Below, in pieces: positions 1 to 13,300 of a DNA stretch of 64,000 bases. Within the stretch, counting starts at the first letter, position 1; each line of letters starts with the position of its first letter. Where the stretch lies: positions 62,001 through 126,000 of the forward strand of contig NW_024704766.1 in assembly GCF_018977255.1 (NCBI RefSeq). The letters are read 5' to 3'. The position numbers and the translations under genes were made by a program. This stretch comes from Callorhinchus milii (Eukaryota). The notes beneath the pieces are model-generated. The model was given only the letters and a program-made list of their open reading frames with translations. It made no database searches and was not told the DNA's origin.

Positions 1-1444
1 TTACAACAAATTCCACTGGATGATAAAACACTAATTTAGGAGAAATGGTTTTCAATCAGATTGGACTTCACCCAGAAACCAAAGTCTTCATTGCACCTAT
101 ATAGAATCCATAATTCTCACATTGTAAACTAGAACATACAGCTTGATTTGCAACACATATTACGGGCAAATCCAATCTCAAGTGTCTCTCAGGCAGGCAA
201 CATCAAAATCATTTGTGTGTCTACAACAACAACAAGATTACATTTGTATAGCGCCTTTCACATCGGGAGGATGTCCCAAGGTGCTGGAGTATCTCCATCA
301 TTTACATAGATTTATATATACTGTAAAGTGCAGAAACAGGCCATTCAGCCCAACTCAATGCTGATGTTTTTACTTCACATGAGTTTCCACCTACTCCTTC
401 CTCTTAAATGGATCAACGCTATCTACTTCAACCACATTCTCACTACCTTCTGTATGAAGACGTTCCTCCAAAGTCCTCTTTTAGATCTCCTAGTCACTAT
501 CTTATACTTGTGGTTGTAGACTCACCAGCAATTTCTGTGAGCTGAGAGATTTGAGGAAAACAAGTATTTGAAATAATTCATTCCAGATCTAGTCCTGTTG
601 AATCATTTTACTGAATAATTTACATTGTAACTGAGAACGTGAGACTGATTAAGTTTCTAATCCTATTTAAGCACTATTGAGTGAAGAATTGCTATTGCAT
701 TCTATCTATTGGACAGACGTTGTAAATAATTCAGCTGATTGTTCTACAATATTTACTACTGCTGGAGTCACAGTGTTAGTTATAAAGGTTTGCAATGCAA
801 TAAATGGAGTGTGCTTCAGTGGGCTAGAACATGGGTTTGAATACAGCAAATACCAATGGGATGGAAAACCTCTTGGTCTGCTAGCTGTAAGCAAAGGGAG
901 TTTATGGCACCTTCAATCCAATTCCAATTAAAGAGTGAAAACACAGAACAAAATAAGATGTTTCTAAATTGGCATATCATTTACCAATGTCATTAAGACC
1001 ATTTGAAATTCAGATAAGAACAACAATGCTAAATTGGAAATAAGATGGAAAAACAAACTGGCTTTTCTATAACTTGATCTCAAACTGAGATTGTTAGTTC
1101 AAGCGAGATTACTGCACTGGAATTAGAAGAGATAAATTTGCTATTTCTTGGGGTGAACTGGAAATTATGAACTCACAGGCTTGAATGTGAGTTGGTTATA
1201 AAGTAGATCAGTTCTGCAACTCACAATAAAAAAGGCTGCTTCCTCAGGGAAAACAGCTGTGAGAGAGGCCCATCCTAACATGTGAAACCAGTGATCTGTT
1301 TCATTCAGATCTTATTATATTATTTTGACATTTTTCTGTGAATGTAACATACAATTCTATGTAAATTTAATGGAAAGAATGATTGTAATTGTTGTTTAGT
1401 TACATAACTTACCTCACGTGCAGATTCATTGGTTGTGGTTTACC

Positions 1445-2330
1445 CAGGGGTGGGGGTGGGGTCCAACCTTTTTTGGTGTTGAGGGCAAGATTTCACTGCG
1501 TGCTGCAACGTGCTTTTGTTTTTTCCATTCCAGAAACATAAAGAATCATATAGAAATCCTATATTTTAAATACTGTGACTGTATCACTTAATAATGATCA
1601 TCTCAAATTGAAATAAGTGCAAGAAATGTTTTAATGTGTTAAAGTCAAAACACAAGATATCAACTCAGCAGATGGAGGCCCCAACAGAGAATGCTCAACA
1701 AAACAAAACCCAAACAGATTAATTCATAATTGCGAAAACTAACAAAGGAACATGATAAAGATACTTTTGAATAAAGATTATTTTGAATATATGACTAATT
1801 TTAACTAGTTTTCCGCAAAGGGACTGCTGTATGATGCATTGGATGGTCGTATATTCAATTCCATTTTGTTTCAGCAAACCTATCAAACTATATTTACAGC
1901 TGGTCATTGATTTTGCACTATCTGCCACGATGCATGAACACTTCTGAAATCCACCCCGTATTTCCTGAAAGTTGAAGTCAGAACCTTGTAAATATCCAAC
2001 CCCTTTTTAGCAGTTTTCAGAGGAACTGACTCAAGTAATTCTTCATGAACAAGAACATTTTCATCAATGGGTCTGATGAAAATTAACAGCTGACTGCTAA
2101 CAGTAACGTAAGTTCTCTCGTCTAGAGCTAATAAGTATTTACATTTTTCAATATTTGTCCTGAGCTTTGTATTCGTATGTTCGTTCATGTCACTTATTCT
2201 ACTTGCAACAGTTTGGTGAGACAGTACCACACTTTCAAAATTATTGGTCATTTTTACATCACCAAATGCATGAGCTATTTTGGCTGCAGAATTTTTTTTA
2301 CCATATCACCACCTCTAAATTGACTGCCTA
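1445..2330 (-). mobile_element. Degraded hAT (Charlie/GTF2IRD2-like) DNA transposon remnant
   Basis: ORF 1904-2251(-) reads LSHQTVASRISDM...LALDERT...QLLIFIR...EELL, matching the Charlie-type transposase segment around the first catalytic Asp. CAGGGG...GTCCAACCTTTT at 1445 resembles a Charlie TIR. Truncated at about 2330 by a CR1. Confidence 0.8.
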
Positions 2331-2331
2331 A

Positions 2332-4660
2332 AGACCATAAGACCATAAGACAAAGGAGCAGGAGTAGGCCATTCAGCCCCTTAAGCCTGCCCTGCCATTT
2401 AATACGATCATGGCTGATCTTCTAACCTAATTCCTTTTACTCGCCCTACCCATATCCCATAATCCCTCTATCCTTTAGAAATCTCTCAACCTCAGTCTTG
2501 AATATGTTCAAGGACTGAGCATCCACAGCCTCTGGGGTAGAGAATTCCACAAATTCACTACCTATCTGAATGAAGAAATGTTTCCTCAACTCAATTCGAA
2601 AAGGCTGACCCTTAATCTTGAGATTCTGATCCCTAGTTTTAGATTCTCCAACCAGGGGAAACAGTCTCACGGCATGTACCCTGTCAAGACCCTTAAGAAT
2701 CTTATAGGTTTCTATAAGATCAGCTCTACTTCTTCTATATTCTGGAGAATATAGGTCTAGTTTACTCAACCTATCCTCATAGGTCAACTCCCTCATCCCA
2801 GGAACCAACCTAGTGAATCCATGCTGCCCCCCCCCCACCCTCACCCCTCTATGGCGAGTATCTCCTTTCTTAAATAAGGAGACCAAAACTGCACACGATA
2901 TTCTAGGTGCGGTCTCACCAAGGCCTTATACAACTGCAGCAAGACTTCCCTACTCGTGTACTCTAACCCTTTTGCAACGAATGCCAACGTGGCATTAACC
3001 TTCCTAGGTACATACTTGCTGTACCTGCATACTAACTTTTTGTAACTGGTGTACAAGGACACCCAAACTCCTCTGAACACTAACACTACCTAGTCTCTCC
3101 CCCTCTAGAAAATAATCCGCTTTTCTATTTTTAATACCTCGGTGAATAACTTCACAGTTCCCCACGTTATACTCCATCCACCACCTACTTGCCCACTCAA
3201 CTAGCCTGTCTATTTCCCTTTGCATTCTTTGTGTGTCATCCTCACAGCTTACTCTCCCACCTATCTTCGTATCGTCCACAAATTTAGATATGTTAAGCTC
3301 TATTTCCTCATCTAAATGATTGATATAGACTGTAAATAATTGAGGCCCAAGCACTGATCCTTATGGCACTCCACTAGTCACATCCTATCAATCTGAGAAG
3401 GACCCGTTTATCCCTACTCTCTGTTTTCTTCCTGTTAGCCACTCTCCGATCCATGCTAATATATTACCTTTAATTCCATGGGCTCTAATCTTATGCAATA
3501 GCCTTTTATGTGGCACCTTGTGGAATGCCTTCTGGAAATCGAAATATACCACATCTACTGGATCCCCCCTATCTAACCTGTTGGTTACCTCAAAAAACTC
3601 TTAAAAGATTACCTGCCCGTATCCTCCGTTCCTCTGGCTCCGGTCTGCTCCACATCCCCCGCCCTAACCGCCCTACCATCGGTAGCCGGGCTTTCAGCCT
3701 CTCAGCCCCGAGGCTCTGGAACTCCATCCCCCAGTGCCTTCGCTGCTTCCTCCCTTTCCTCCTTCAAGGCCGGTCTCAAGACCTTTCTCTTCAACCATGC
3801 CTTCAGCTCCCCTCTCGACTAACTACCCCCTTCTCGTTCACCTCCCTTCCCTCCCCTCACCCTGACCAGTTCCCCCCTGCTTGGGACCTGATCCAACTGT
3901 CCAGCGCCTTGGGTCGTCCTCCCGATGTGAAAGGTGCTCTATAAATGCAATCTTTTTGTTGTTGTAAACATGATTTCCCTTTGGTAAAACAATGTTGACT
4001 CTGCCTAATCATGTTATGATTTTCTAAGTACCCCAATACTACGTCCCTAATTAAGGACTCTAGAATTTGACCTAACACTGATGTCAGACTGACTGATCGA
4101 CACTTCCCCATTTTTTGTCTCCCACCCTTCTTAAATATTGGCGTTACGTTTGCGATCTTCCAATCACTGGGAACCTGTCTCTACCTGCAATGGACCCACA
4201 TTCACTTTTGTAGTCTCTTCCTCTTTATATACTTGTAAAAACTCTTACAATCCGTCTTTATGTTCCTCGCGAGTTTACCCTCATATTCCATGTTCTCCCT
4301 CTTATTCGGTTTCTTGGCTTTCCTTTGCTGATCTCTAAAGCTCTCCCAATCCTCAGGTTACTGCTCTTTTTGGCAGTATTATAAGCCTCTTCTTTTAATT
4401 TTATACTTTTCCCTAACTTCTCTAGTTAGGCAAGGTTGAACCACGTTTCCTGTGGTATTTTTATTTTTCAAGGGAATTTAGTACTCTATCTTTAAATGTT
4501 TGCCATTGCTGGTCTACCGTCATATTCATAAATGTAATTTCCCCGTCTATATTAGCCAAATCTTCTCATACCGACAAAGTTGGCTTTATTTAGACTTAAG
4601 ATCCTTGCTTCGGATTCAACTATATCACTCTCTAACTTAATGTTTAATTCCATCATTGTT
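2332..4660 (-). mobile_element. CR1-clade LINE, 5'-truncated, frameshifted RT and 3' end
   Basis: Minus-strand fragments RSVSLTSVLGQILE, LGPQLFTVYIN...SKFVDDTKIG, LYKALVRPHLEY..QFWSPY, RADLIETYKILKG; (AGACCATA)n tail at 2332-2350. Confidence 0.9.
3612..3965 (+). mobile_element. L2-clade LINE 3' fragment nested in the CR1
   Basis: LRSSGSGLLHIPR...GSRAFSLSAPRLWNSIP L2 C-terminal signature and (TTG)n tail; CR1 sequence resumes at about 3966. Confidence 0.8.
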
Positions 4661-4698
4661 TGTTTGTAATTTGTTTTGTGTTGTCATTGCCTTTAGAA

Positions 4699-5073
4699 AC
4701 CAGCCTGGGCTTCCCCCCCTCCCCACCCCCCACCAGCCTGGGCTTCCCCCCCACCCCCCACCAGCCTGGGCTTCCCCCCCACCCCCCACCAGCCTGCGCT
4801 TCCCCCCCACCCCACCCCACCCCCCACCAGCCTGGGCTTCCCCCCCACCCCACCCCCACCAGCCTGGGCTTCCCCCCACCCCACCCCACCCCCCACCAGC
4901 CTGGGCTTCCCCCCACCCCACCCCCCACCAGCCTGGGCTTCCCCCCCACCCCACCCCACCCCCCACCAGCCTGGGCTTCCCCCCCACCCCACCCCACCCC
5001 CCACCAGCCTGGGCTTCCCCCCCACCCCACCCCACCCCTCACCAGCCTGGGCTTCCCCCCCACCCCTCACCAG
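4699..5073. repeat. C-rich minisatellite, unit about CACCAGCCTGGGCTTCCCCCC(ACCCC)n
   Basis: About 11 visible tandem copies; G-rich on the minus strand. Confidence 0.95.
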
Positions 5074-5076
5074 TAC

Positions 5077-8000
5077 TCTGGCTTCGCCCCTCTTCCTGTC
5101 ACTCACAGAGGAGACTTCCGGCTCCGCCCCTCTTCCTGTCACTCACAGAGGAGACCTTCGACTCCGCCCCTCTTCCTGTCACTCACAGAGGAGTCCTTCG
5201 ACTCCGCCCCTCTTCCTGTCACTCACAGAGGAGTCCTCCGGCTCCGCCCCTCTTCCTGTCACTCATGGAGTCCTCCGACTCCGCCCCTCTTCCTGTCACT
5301 CACAGAGGTGTCCTCCGGCTCCGCCCCTCTTCCTGTCACTCAGAGAGGTGTCCTCCGGCTCCGCCCCTCTTCCTGTCACTCACAGAGGAGTCCTCCGGCT
5401 CCGCCCCTCTTCCTGTCACTCACAGAGGTGTCCTCCGGCTCCGCCCCTCTTCCTGTCACTCAGAGAGGTGTCCTCCGGCTCCGCCCCTCTTCCTGTCACT
5501 CACAGAGGAGTCCTCCGGCTCCGCCCCTCTTCCTGTCACTCATGGAGTCCTCCGACTCCGCCCCTCTTCCTGTCACTCACAGAGGAGTCCTTCGACTCCG
5601 CCCCTCTTCCTGTCACTCACAGAGGAGTCCTCCGGCTCCGCCCCTCTTCCTGTCACTCAAAAGGAGACCTTCGACTCCGCCCCTCTTCCTGTCACTCACA
5701 GAGGAGTCCTTCGACTCCGCCCCTTTTCCTGTCACTCATGGAGTGCTCCGGCTCCGCCCCTCTTACTGTCACTCACAGAGGAGTCCTCTGCCTCCGCCCC
5801 TCTTCCTGTCACTCATGGAGTCCTTCGACTCCGCCCCTATTCCTGTCACTCACAAAGGAGTCCTCCGGCTCCGCCCCTCTTCCTGTCACTCACAGAGGAG
5901 TCCTTCGACTCCGCCCCTCTTCCTGTCACTCACAAAGGAGTCTTCCGACTCCGCCCCTCTTCCTGTCACTCAAAAGGAGACCTTCGGCTCCGCCCCTCTT
6001 CCTGTCACTCAAAAGGAGACCTTCGACTCCGCCCCTTTTCCTGTCACTCATGGAGTGCTCTGGCTCCGCCCCTCTTACTGTCACTCACAGAGGAGTCCTC
6101 TGACTCCGCCCCTCTTCCTGTCACTCAAAAGGAGACCTTCGACTCCGCCCCTCTTCCTGTCACTCAAAAGGAGACCTTCGACTCCGCCCCTTTTCCTGTC
6201 ACTCATGGAGTGCTCTGGCTCCGCCCCTCTTACTGTCACTCACAGAGGAGTCCTCTGACTCCGCCCCTCTTCCTGTCACTCAAAAGGAGACCTTCGACTC
6301 CGCCCCTCTTCCTGTCACTCAAAAGGAGACCTTCGGCTCCGCCCCTCTTCCTGTCACTCACAGAGGAGTCCTTCGACTCCGCCCCTTTTCCTGTCACTCA
6401 TGGAGTGCTCCGGCTCCGCCCCTCTTACTGTCACTCACAGAGGAGTCCTCCGGCTCCGCCCCTCTTTCTGTCACTCACAGAGGTGTCCTCCGGCTCCGCC
6501 CCTCTTCCTGTCACTCAAAAGGAGACCTTCGACTCCGCCCCTCTTCCTGTCACTCACAGATGAGTCCTCCGGCTCCGCCCCTCTTCCTGTCACTCATGGA
6601 GTCCTTCGACTCCGCCCCTATTCCTGTCACTCACAGAGGAGTCCTTCGACTCCGCCCCTTTTCCTGTCACTCATGGAGTGCTCCGGCTCCGCCCCTCTTC
6701 CTGTCACTCACAGAGGTGTCCTCCGGCTCCGCCCCTCTTCCTGTCACTCAAAAGGAGACCTTCGACTCCGCCCCTCTTCCTGTCACTCACAGATGAGTCC
6801 TCCGGCTCCGCCCCTCTTCCTGTCACTCACAGAGGAGTCCTTCGACTCCGCCCCTCTTACTGTCACTCACAGAGGAGTCCTCTGACTCCGCCCCTCTTCC
6901 TGTCACTCACAGAGGAGTCCTTCGACTCCGCCCCTCTTACTGTCACTCACAGAGGAGTCCTCTGACTCCGCCCCTCTTCCTGTCACTCACAGAGGAGTCC
7001 TTCGACTCCGCCCCTCTTCCTGTCACTCACAAAGGAGTCTTCCGACTCCGCCCCTCTTCCTGTCACTCACAGAGGTGTCCTCCGGCTCCGCCCCTCTTCC
7101 TGTCACTCAAAAGGAGTCCTTCGACTCCGCCCCTCTTACTGTCACTCACAGAGGAGTCCTTCGACTCCGCCCCTTTTCCTGTCACTCATGGAGTGCTCCG
7201 GCTCCGCCCCTCTTACTGTCACTCACAGAGGAGTCCTCTGACTCCGCCCCTCTTCCTGTCACTCACAGAGGAGTCCTTCGACTCCGCCCCTCTTCCTGTC
7301 ACTCAAAAGGAGACCTTCGACTCCGCCCCTCTTCCTGTCACTCACAGAGGAGTCCTTCGACTCCGCCCCTTTTCCTGTCACTCATGGAGTGCTCCGGCTC
7401 CGCCCCTCTTACTGTCACTCACAGAGGAGTCCTCTGACTCCGCCCCTATTCCTGTCACTCACAGAGGAGTCCTTCGACTCCGCCCCTCTTCCTGTCACTC
7501 AAAAGGAGACCTTCGACTCCGCCCCTCTTCCTGTCACTCACAGAGGAGTCCTCCGGCTCCGCCCCTCTTCCTGTCACTCAAAAGGAGTCCTCCGACTCCG
7601 CCCCTCTTCCTGTCACTCATGGAGTCCTTCGACTCCGCCCCTATTCCTGTCACTCACAAAGGAGTCCTCCGGCTCCGCCCCTCTTCCTGTCACTCAAAAG
7701 GAGTCCTCCGACTCCGCCCCTCTTCCTGTCACTCAAAAGGAGTCCTCCGGCTCCGCCCCTCTTCCTGTCACTCAAAAGGAGACCTTCGACTCCGCCCCTT
7801 TTCCTGTCACTCATGGAGTCCTTCGACTCCGCCCCTATTCCTGTCACTCACAAAGGAGTCCTCCGACTCCGCCCCTCTTCCTGTCACTCAAAAGGAGTCC
7901 TCCGGCTCCGCCCCTCTTCCTGTCACTCACAGAGGAGTCCTTCGACTCCGCCCCTTTTCCTGTCACTCATGGAGTGCTCCGGCTCCGCCCCTCTTCCTGT

Positions 8001-8324
8001 CACTCACAAAGGAGTCCTCCGGCTCCGCCCCTCTTCCTGTCACTCAAAAGGAGTCCTCCGACTCCGCCCCTCTTCCTGTCACTCAAAAGGAGTCCTCCGG
8101 CTCCGCCCCTCTTCCTGTCACTCACAGAGGAGTCCTCCGGCTCCGCCCCTCTTCCTGTCACTCACAGATGAGTCCTTCGGCTCCGCCCCTCTTCCTGTCA
8201 CTCACAGAGGAGTCCTTCGACTCCGCCCCTCTTCCTGTCACTCACAGAGGAGTCCTTCGACTCCGCCCCTCTTCCTGTCACTCACAAAGGAGTCTTCCGG
8301 CTCCGCCCCTCTTCCTGTCACTCA
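5077..8324. repeat. 3.25-kb minisatellite, 37-40 bp unit CTCCGCCCCTCTTCCTGTCACTCA(CAGA)GGAGTCCT(TCGA/CCGG)
   Basis: Directly visible; roughly 80 copies estimated from length/unit size, with recurring variant units. Confidence 0.97.
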
Positions 8325-8558
8325 GCGCTGTCTAAGCACAGACCAACCACAAGAGGCGCCACCGGTAGTTAAAGCTGTCGCGGTGTTGCATCACAGCCCT
8401 CGTGAGTCGGCCCATAAACCACCACTACAACAACAACAACAACAAGATTCCATTTATAGAGCGCCTTTCACGTCGGGAGGACGTCCCGAGGCACTGGGAC
8501 CATCATATGATCGTGTGTTGGGCCCTGACCCTAATGTGAGGCTCTGACGGGGCTTATT

Positions 8559-8601
8559 CTGAGGCTGAGGCTGAGGCTGAGGCTGAGGCTGAGGCTGAGG
8601 C
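8559..8601. repeat. (CTGAGG)n hexamer microsatellite
   Basis: About 7 tandem copies. Confidence 0.9.
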
Positions 8602-10322
8602 GTCCCTCTGTGCCGATTCCCCACCCAATGTGTCAGGTCCAGAGGAAGCTGTCGGCCAGTTTGACAGTCAGATCCTGGCCGGTGGCTCTCACCCTCAGGG
8701 ACACATGTCCTGAAGCTATCACCTTAACTGAGATCCACTCACAGGAACCTGGTGTTGTAGCGTTGAGTAAAATAATAATTCTGGCCTTTGATGCAGCGCC
8801 TCATCATGTCTTCGAGACGTCTCCGAGCGCTTCACAGGATACACTGTAAAGTGAATGGACTGTATTTTGTGGGCGGAGATTGTGAGATATAAAATAATAA
8901 TATTCCATTTCAAGGACAGAGTTTCCATTAAAAACAAATTAACAACAACATATACTGATTGACGCAAAATATTTAATGTACTTACACCAAAAGAATATAG
9001 TCCTGGAAGTGCCATAGAACAATGCTTCCTGAGTTAAGATAGAACTAGTCAGATCCCACCCCAAAGCTGTACATTCCTGCAATATTAACGCTAAGCACAG
9101 AGGCAGTGCGCAGCCCTCTGGGACTCACCCAAGCGAGGAGTCTGAATCTGAACCCGCAGTCTCATCATCATTCCTTAAACTACAACTGTCATCCAACCCC
9201 ATTATTTAAAAATGATACAAATCCATTTAAAGTGCTTTAACTAAATAAATGTATCCCATTAAATTAGCAAAATACCATCATGTATCAAGTAATAGTCAGT
9301 CAGCAAAAATATTGCCTAACACGAGGAGGTATTGTTTTTCACAAATCCCAATGCACTCTGTCCCATAACATTATAATTGCAATTCATTCAGATTTCATTT
9401 GAAGAAAATTAGAACCCTGAGTCTTTACTTAATCAGTCACAGTAGTGGCAACAATTGCACCTATGATGGTAATCAAGTGCTTTTTCTCAAAGTATTTTAA
9501 TTGGAAATGATTATGTTCTGAAAACCTGGGAAACCATATATTGGAAAGTACAGCTAATCCTCACTATAATTTAGACTTGTTTGTTCGATAGCTGATTTAT
9601 TTTAGAGCCACCTCAAAGCAGTTAATCAGAGGCCAGTCCTTGGGAACAGATAAGAGGTATAAATGTCAGCAAAACATGACAGTATTTAGAGGGAAAACCC
9701 TATTAAATATCTTTACCACTTATTTCAGCCAACCCATGTTGTCAAATAGTCAACAGATAGTTGGCATTCTAAATTGACATTAAATCAATGGCATTTCCAG
9801 TAAAAAAANTGTAATAAAAATAGTTTTTTTTTAGGATCCCAAAATCCCAAAGTATTGACAGTCTTTCAACAAAGCAATAATAAATGTTGTTGCAGTTTTG
9901 CCAACATTGCAATTCACTTCTAAATATATCTAGGGACAAAACCTTGCTCTTTCCATTTGAATCCTTAGCTTCAACATTAGCTTTCTGAATAGTGCACAAA
10001 ATCTTGTTTAAAAATCATAAAACTACTAATAGTGTGCAAGGTTCTGAATGCAAACTCTTCGATCAGAAACCCTGACTAAATTAAAGGAATCAATCTAAAA
10101 GTTCATAAAAATTGCTTTGAAATTTTCTTGTAAATCACAAAACACCAAATGTCAGAAGAGTAATATCTGCCATTGATTTCACAAATTCCGCATGGCTTTT
10201 GCACTAAATGTTTTTGCATGATTATTTACAGTCTCTTAGTGCTGAATTAACTATTGTGTCTAGATCAAGATTAAGAGTCTAGACAAGGCACACATGAAAC
10301 ATGATTCAGATAGAAATTGTTA

Positions 10323-13300
10323 TTACACAGAGAGAGAACCTTCCCTAAAGTTTGATTTTCCAATCAGCACATTAATCAATATGGGATTGCCGCCATGAGC
10401 TTCCATTTTAGCTTCCATTAAGAGATCTTCTGTATGGTTTTCATTTGCAGTGTTCAATAAGTAACCTTTCCCGCCGTATCCTTCAGCAACTATGTGATAA
10501 TCTGGAGATGGGAAGATATTCTTTGAAAAATACTCGACAGCAACTTGGATTGAACAACAACATCTTAAAGAAATAGATTGTGAAGAATTTGACTCCCAAC
10601 TTGAAAAGATTGGATTATTTCAGTACCTGTGTAGGCCAGGTTGCAAGCTACACTGCTGCCCAGCATTGGAACTTGCTCACGGGAAATCTGGCTCCAACAA
10701 GCATCATTACCAACCAAAGCGATTATAGGAGCCTAGAAAAATAGAGAAAGGAAATTCTAAAAAAAATTTATAATGCATGATCCCTGGATACTCTTTCAGA
10801 TCTGCAGAATATAATAATAATAATCCTTGCATTTGATATAGCGCTTCTAGAAGTTCCAAAGCACTTCACAGAATACACTGTAAAGTGAATTGACTGCATA
10901 TTTGTGGGCGAACGCGGCAGCCAATTGTGCACAGCAATGTCCCACAAACAGTCATGGATTGAAAATGACCAATTTATTATCGGGTTTTGTTTTGGAGGGA
11001 TTATTATCAGGCGTGTAGAGTAAGGAAACTTGCCCAAGGGCTCGCCCTCTGCCTGGAATTGAACTCAGGTCTCTCGCTTGCAAAGCGAGTGCTCTAACCA
11101 CTGAGCTACAGGACTCCGAATATTAAACATTCCATCGGGACTGACTACCAGGTTACTGAGTGAGATAGTGAGAGGTAACTGGAGTAACAATAAGGGAGAT
11201 ATAGTCAGTAAAACAAGGTCTTGGGCTATTACTGAACCCAACTCTGCAACAAAAGATCCTTAACTCAGCAGCACAAAGATTGGCCTTTTGCTTTTTTGGC
11301 TAAACTCAATTGTAGTTTCTGTGTTTATCAGTTATTCCTTGAGCTAAAGTACCTGCCTGAAAGGCTCTTCTGTTGAGATTCTCCTGTGCTACACAGAACA
11401 CACCCGAATCTCACCCAGATCTGGATCATTATGGGGAGGATTGAGCTCTTGGCTACAGCTACAGCCCTCTGTTGGTTATAGTCGGTATTGCAGCACTTCC
11501 CACTTGAGGAATGAGATCTGCCCTCCACAGAGGGTTGGCTCGATTAGAACATTCTGTTGCCAAACGTATCATTTTGCAGCCAGATGACCTCCAAGGAGAC
11601 CCCGCTCCCCTCAACCCACCACCACAGGAGGATAGTCATTTGACAAGTGCGGGTTTCAGCCCTCAACAGGTAGGTACCAGGCACTGCCTGTGAGCTTCCT
11701 GGTGGGCAACACACCTCAACATGAAATGTGTGAGAGCATTGCCACCATCTTCCTGTCCATAGCTCGGACCCATATCTCTTCCCATTGAGCGATGGTTCTA
11801 CCAATTGGAGATGCAGAGCTTAAGACAGATCTGAAGTGAAATTTACCTTTAGATTAAAAAGTGGTGTTAAAGGAGCAAAAGTATGAATAAGTTGATAAGA
11901 ACATACGATAAAAATGTGCACACTTCAGAGGATATTCCAACTGGTGCAGCACTATTCCCATTACATTCAGTGTATCAGCGTTAAGGGAACCTATTCTGCA
12001 CAAACACTGTTCAGTTATTTGTGTACCCCCTTTTGCCAATGAAGAGGTTGCGAGTACCTTGTGCCTTTTGAAAGTATCAAACTCAGCAATGCTGTAGCCC
12101 ACAGAGCCATCGCCATAGATTATCCAAACCTGAGATACAGAAAAGAGATGCAATCATTCTGAGGATTCCTTTATGTCTCATCCCAAAATCACACCACTAT
12201 CAATTAGAAATTAGTCACATTTGTGTTCTCCAGCAAGAGGGACGTAACCGCTGCCACTGCTCAGAGATCACTGATCAGAGATGTTGGTCATAGAAGCATA
12301 GTTTTTCTCCATTTTCTTCTCTCCTTGTGACTTGTGCTGAGGGGTGTGCTTCTATTTACACCAGTCATCCTACTGCTCCTTGCTAATCGGCCATTCTTAA
12401 TGTGTGAGCCTTGACAATTAGTGTCAATAGGCTGTGCACCCATGGAGACAACACGGCTGAGCCATCATCAACATGTAGGGCAATCTTGTTATAATGCTTT
12501 GGTCTGAGTCCATAATCTCAGGCTCCCATTAAAAAGCACAAAAAAATTCTGCCACTTTTCGACAGATCAGCCATAAATTTCCTTAAAAAAAAACTATGTA
12601 CAGCGTAGTTCATATTCTTGTTCAGCACCAGATGTAGGTGCAGTGTGGATCCACAATAAACCCACAACACAAGCAAGTCCCAGCTAATCCAGAGTACCTT
12701 GTCCTGTACATGTACATTCCAGTTGGGGTCACTGGAGACATGAAAGGCGCGAAACAAATGTAATTTGTATTGTATCTGGAGAGGAAACCTTGAATGCCAT
12801 TTCACCTTTTTTTGTGATGATAAACAATCAGAATTACAAAGTCCATTAAGATTAGATTTAGCTGAAGAGAAAAAGGAGCACCAGCAAGAACCCTTCCTCT
12901 TATTCTGGTTAATAATGAAAAAAAAACTCTTATTTGCTGGTGGATATAAACTGTGGGCGGTACAAGACACATGTAAAGAAGCTTTAAAAAGCTGCAGTCA
13001 GGGAGAAAGTACAGAGAGATTAAGCTTTTTAAAAGGGACGTTCTAGATTCATAGAATCATAGAAATTTACTGCCTAAGAAGGAGGCCTTCAACCCATCAA
13101 GTCTGCACTGGCTCTCAGACCAAGGTGTCAATACCACTGCTATGCCTTATGCCTCTTCATATACTAATCTACTTCCCTCTTGAAACCCACAATGGTCTTT
13201 ACCACCTAACTGGCAGAGTATTCCACATCCCAACAGCCTTTCGAGTGAAATAAATGTCTCCTAGGCTCTCCTTTTGGTTTCTTGTGACTTTCATATAATT

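Noticed and set aside
677-931. Overlapping short ORFs on both strands
   Set aside because: No recognisable homology or convincing splice sites.
1904-2251. Domesticated transposase gene (GTF2IRD2/ZBED5-like)
   Set aside because: Short, frameshifted, truncated by a CR1 and still beside a TIR-like end, so it is a decayed transposon.
5077-8324. CRISPR-like regular array
   Set aside because: The sequences between the constant cores are variants of each other rather than unique spacers; the context is eukaryotic with no cas genes.
4637-8547. Long ORFs of 250-635 aa
   Set aside because: They are translations of the two minisatellites, open in several frames at once and without any domain signature.
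9809-9809. Single N base
   Set aside because: Assembly ambiguity beside a poly-A run in the probable ILVBL 3' UTR, with no coding effect.
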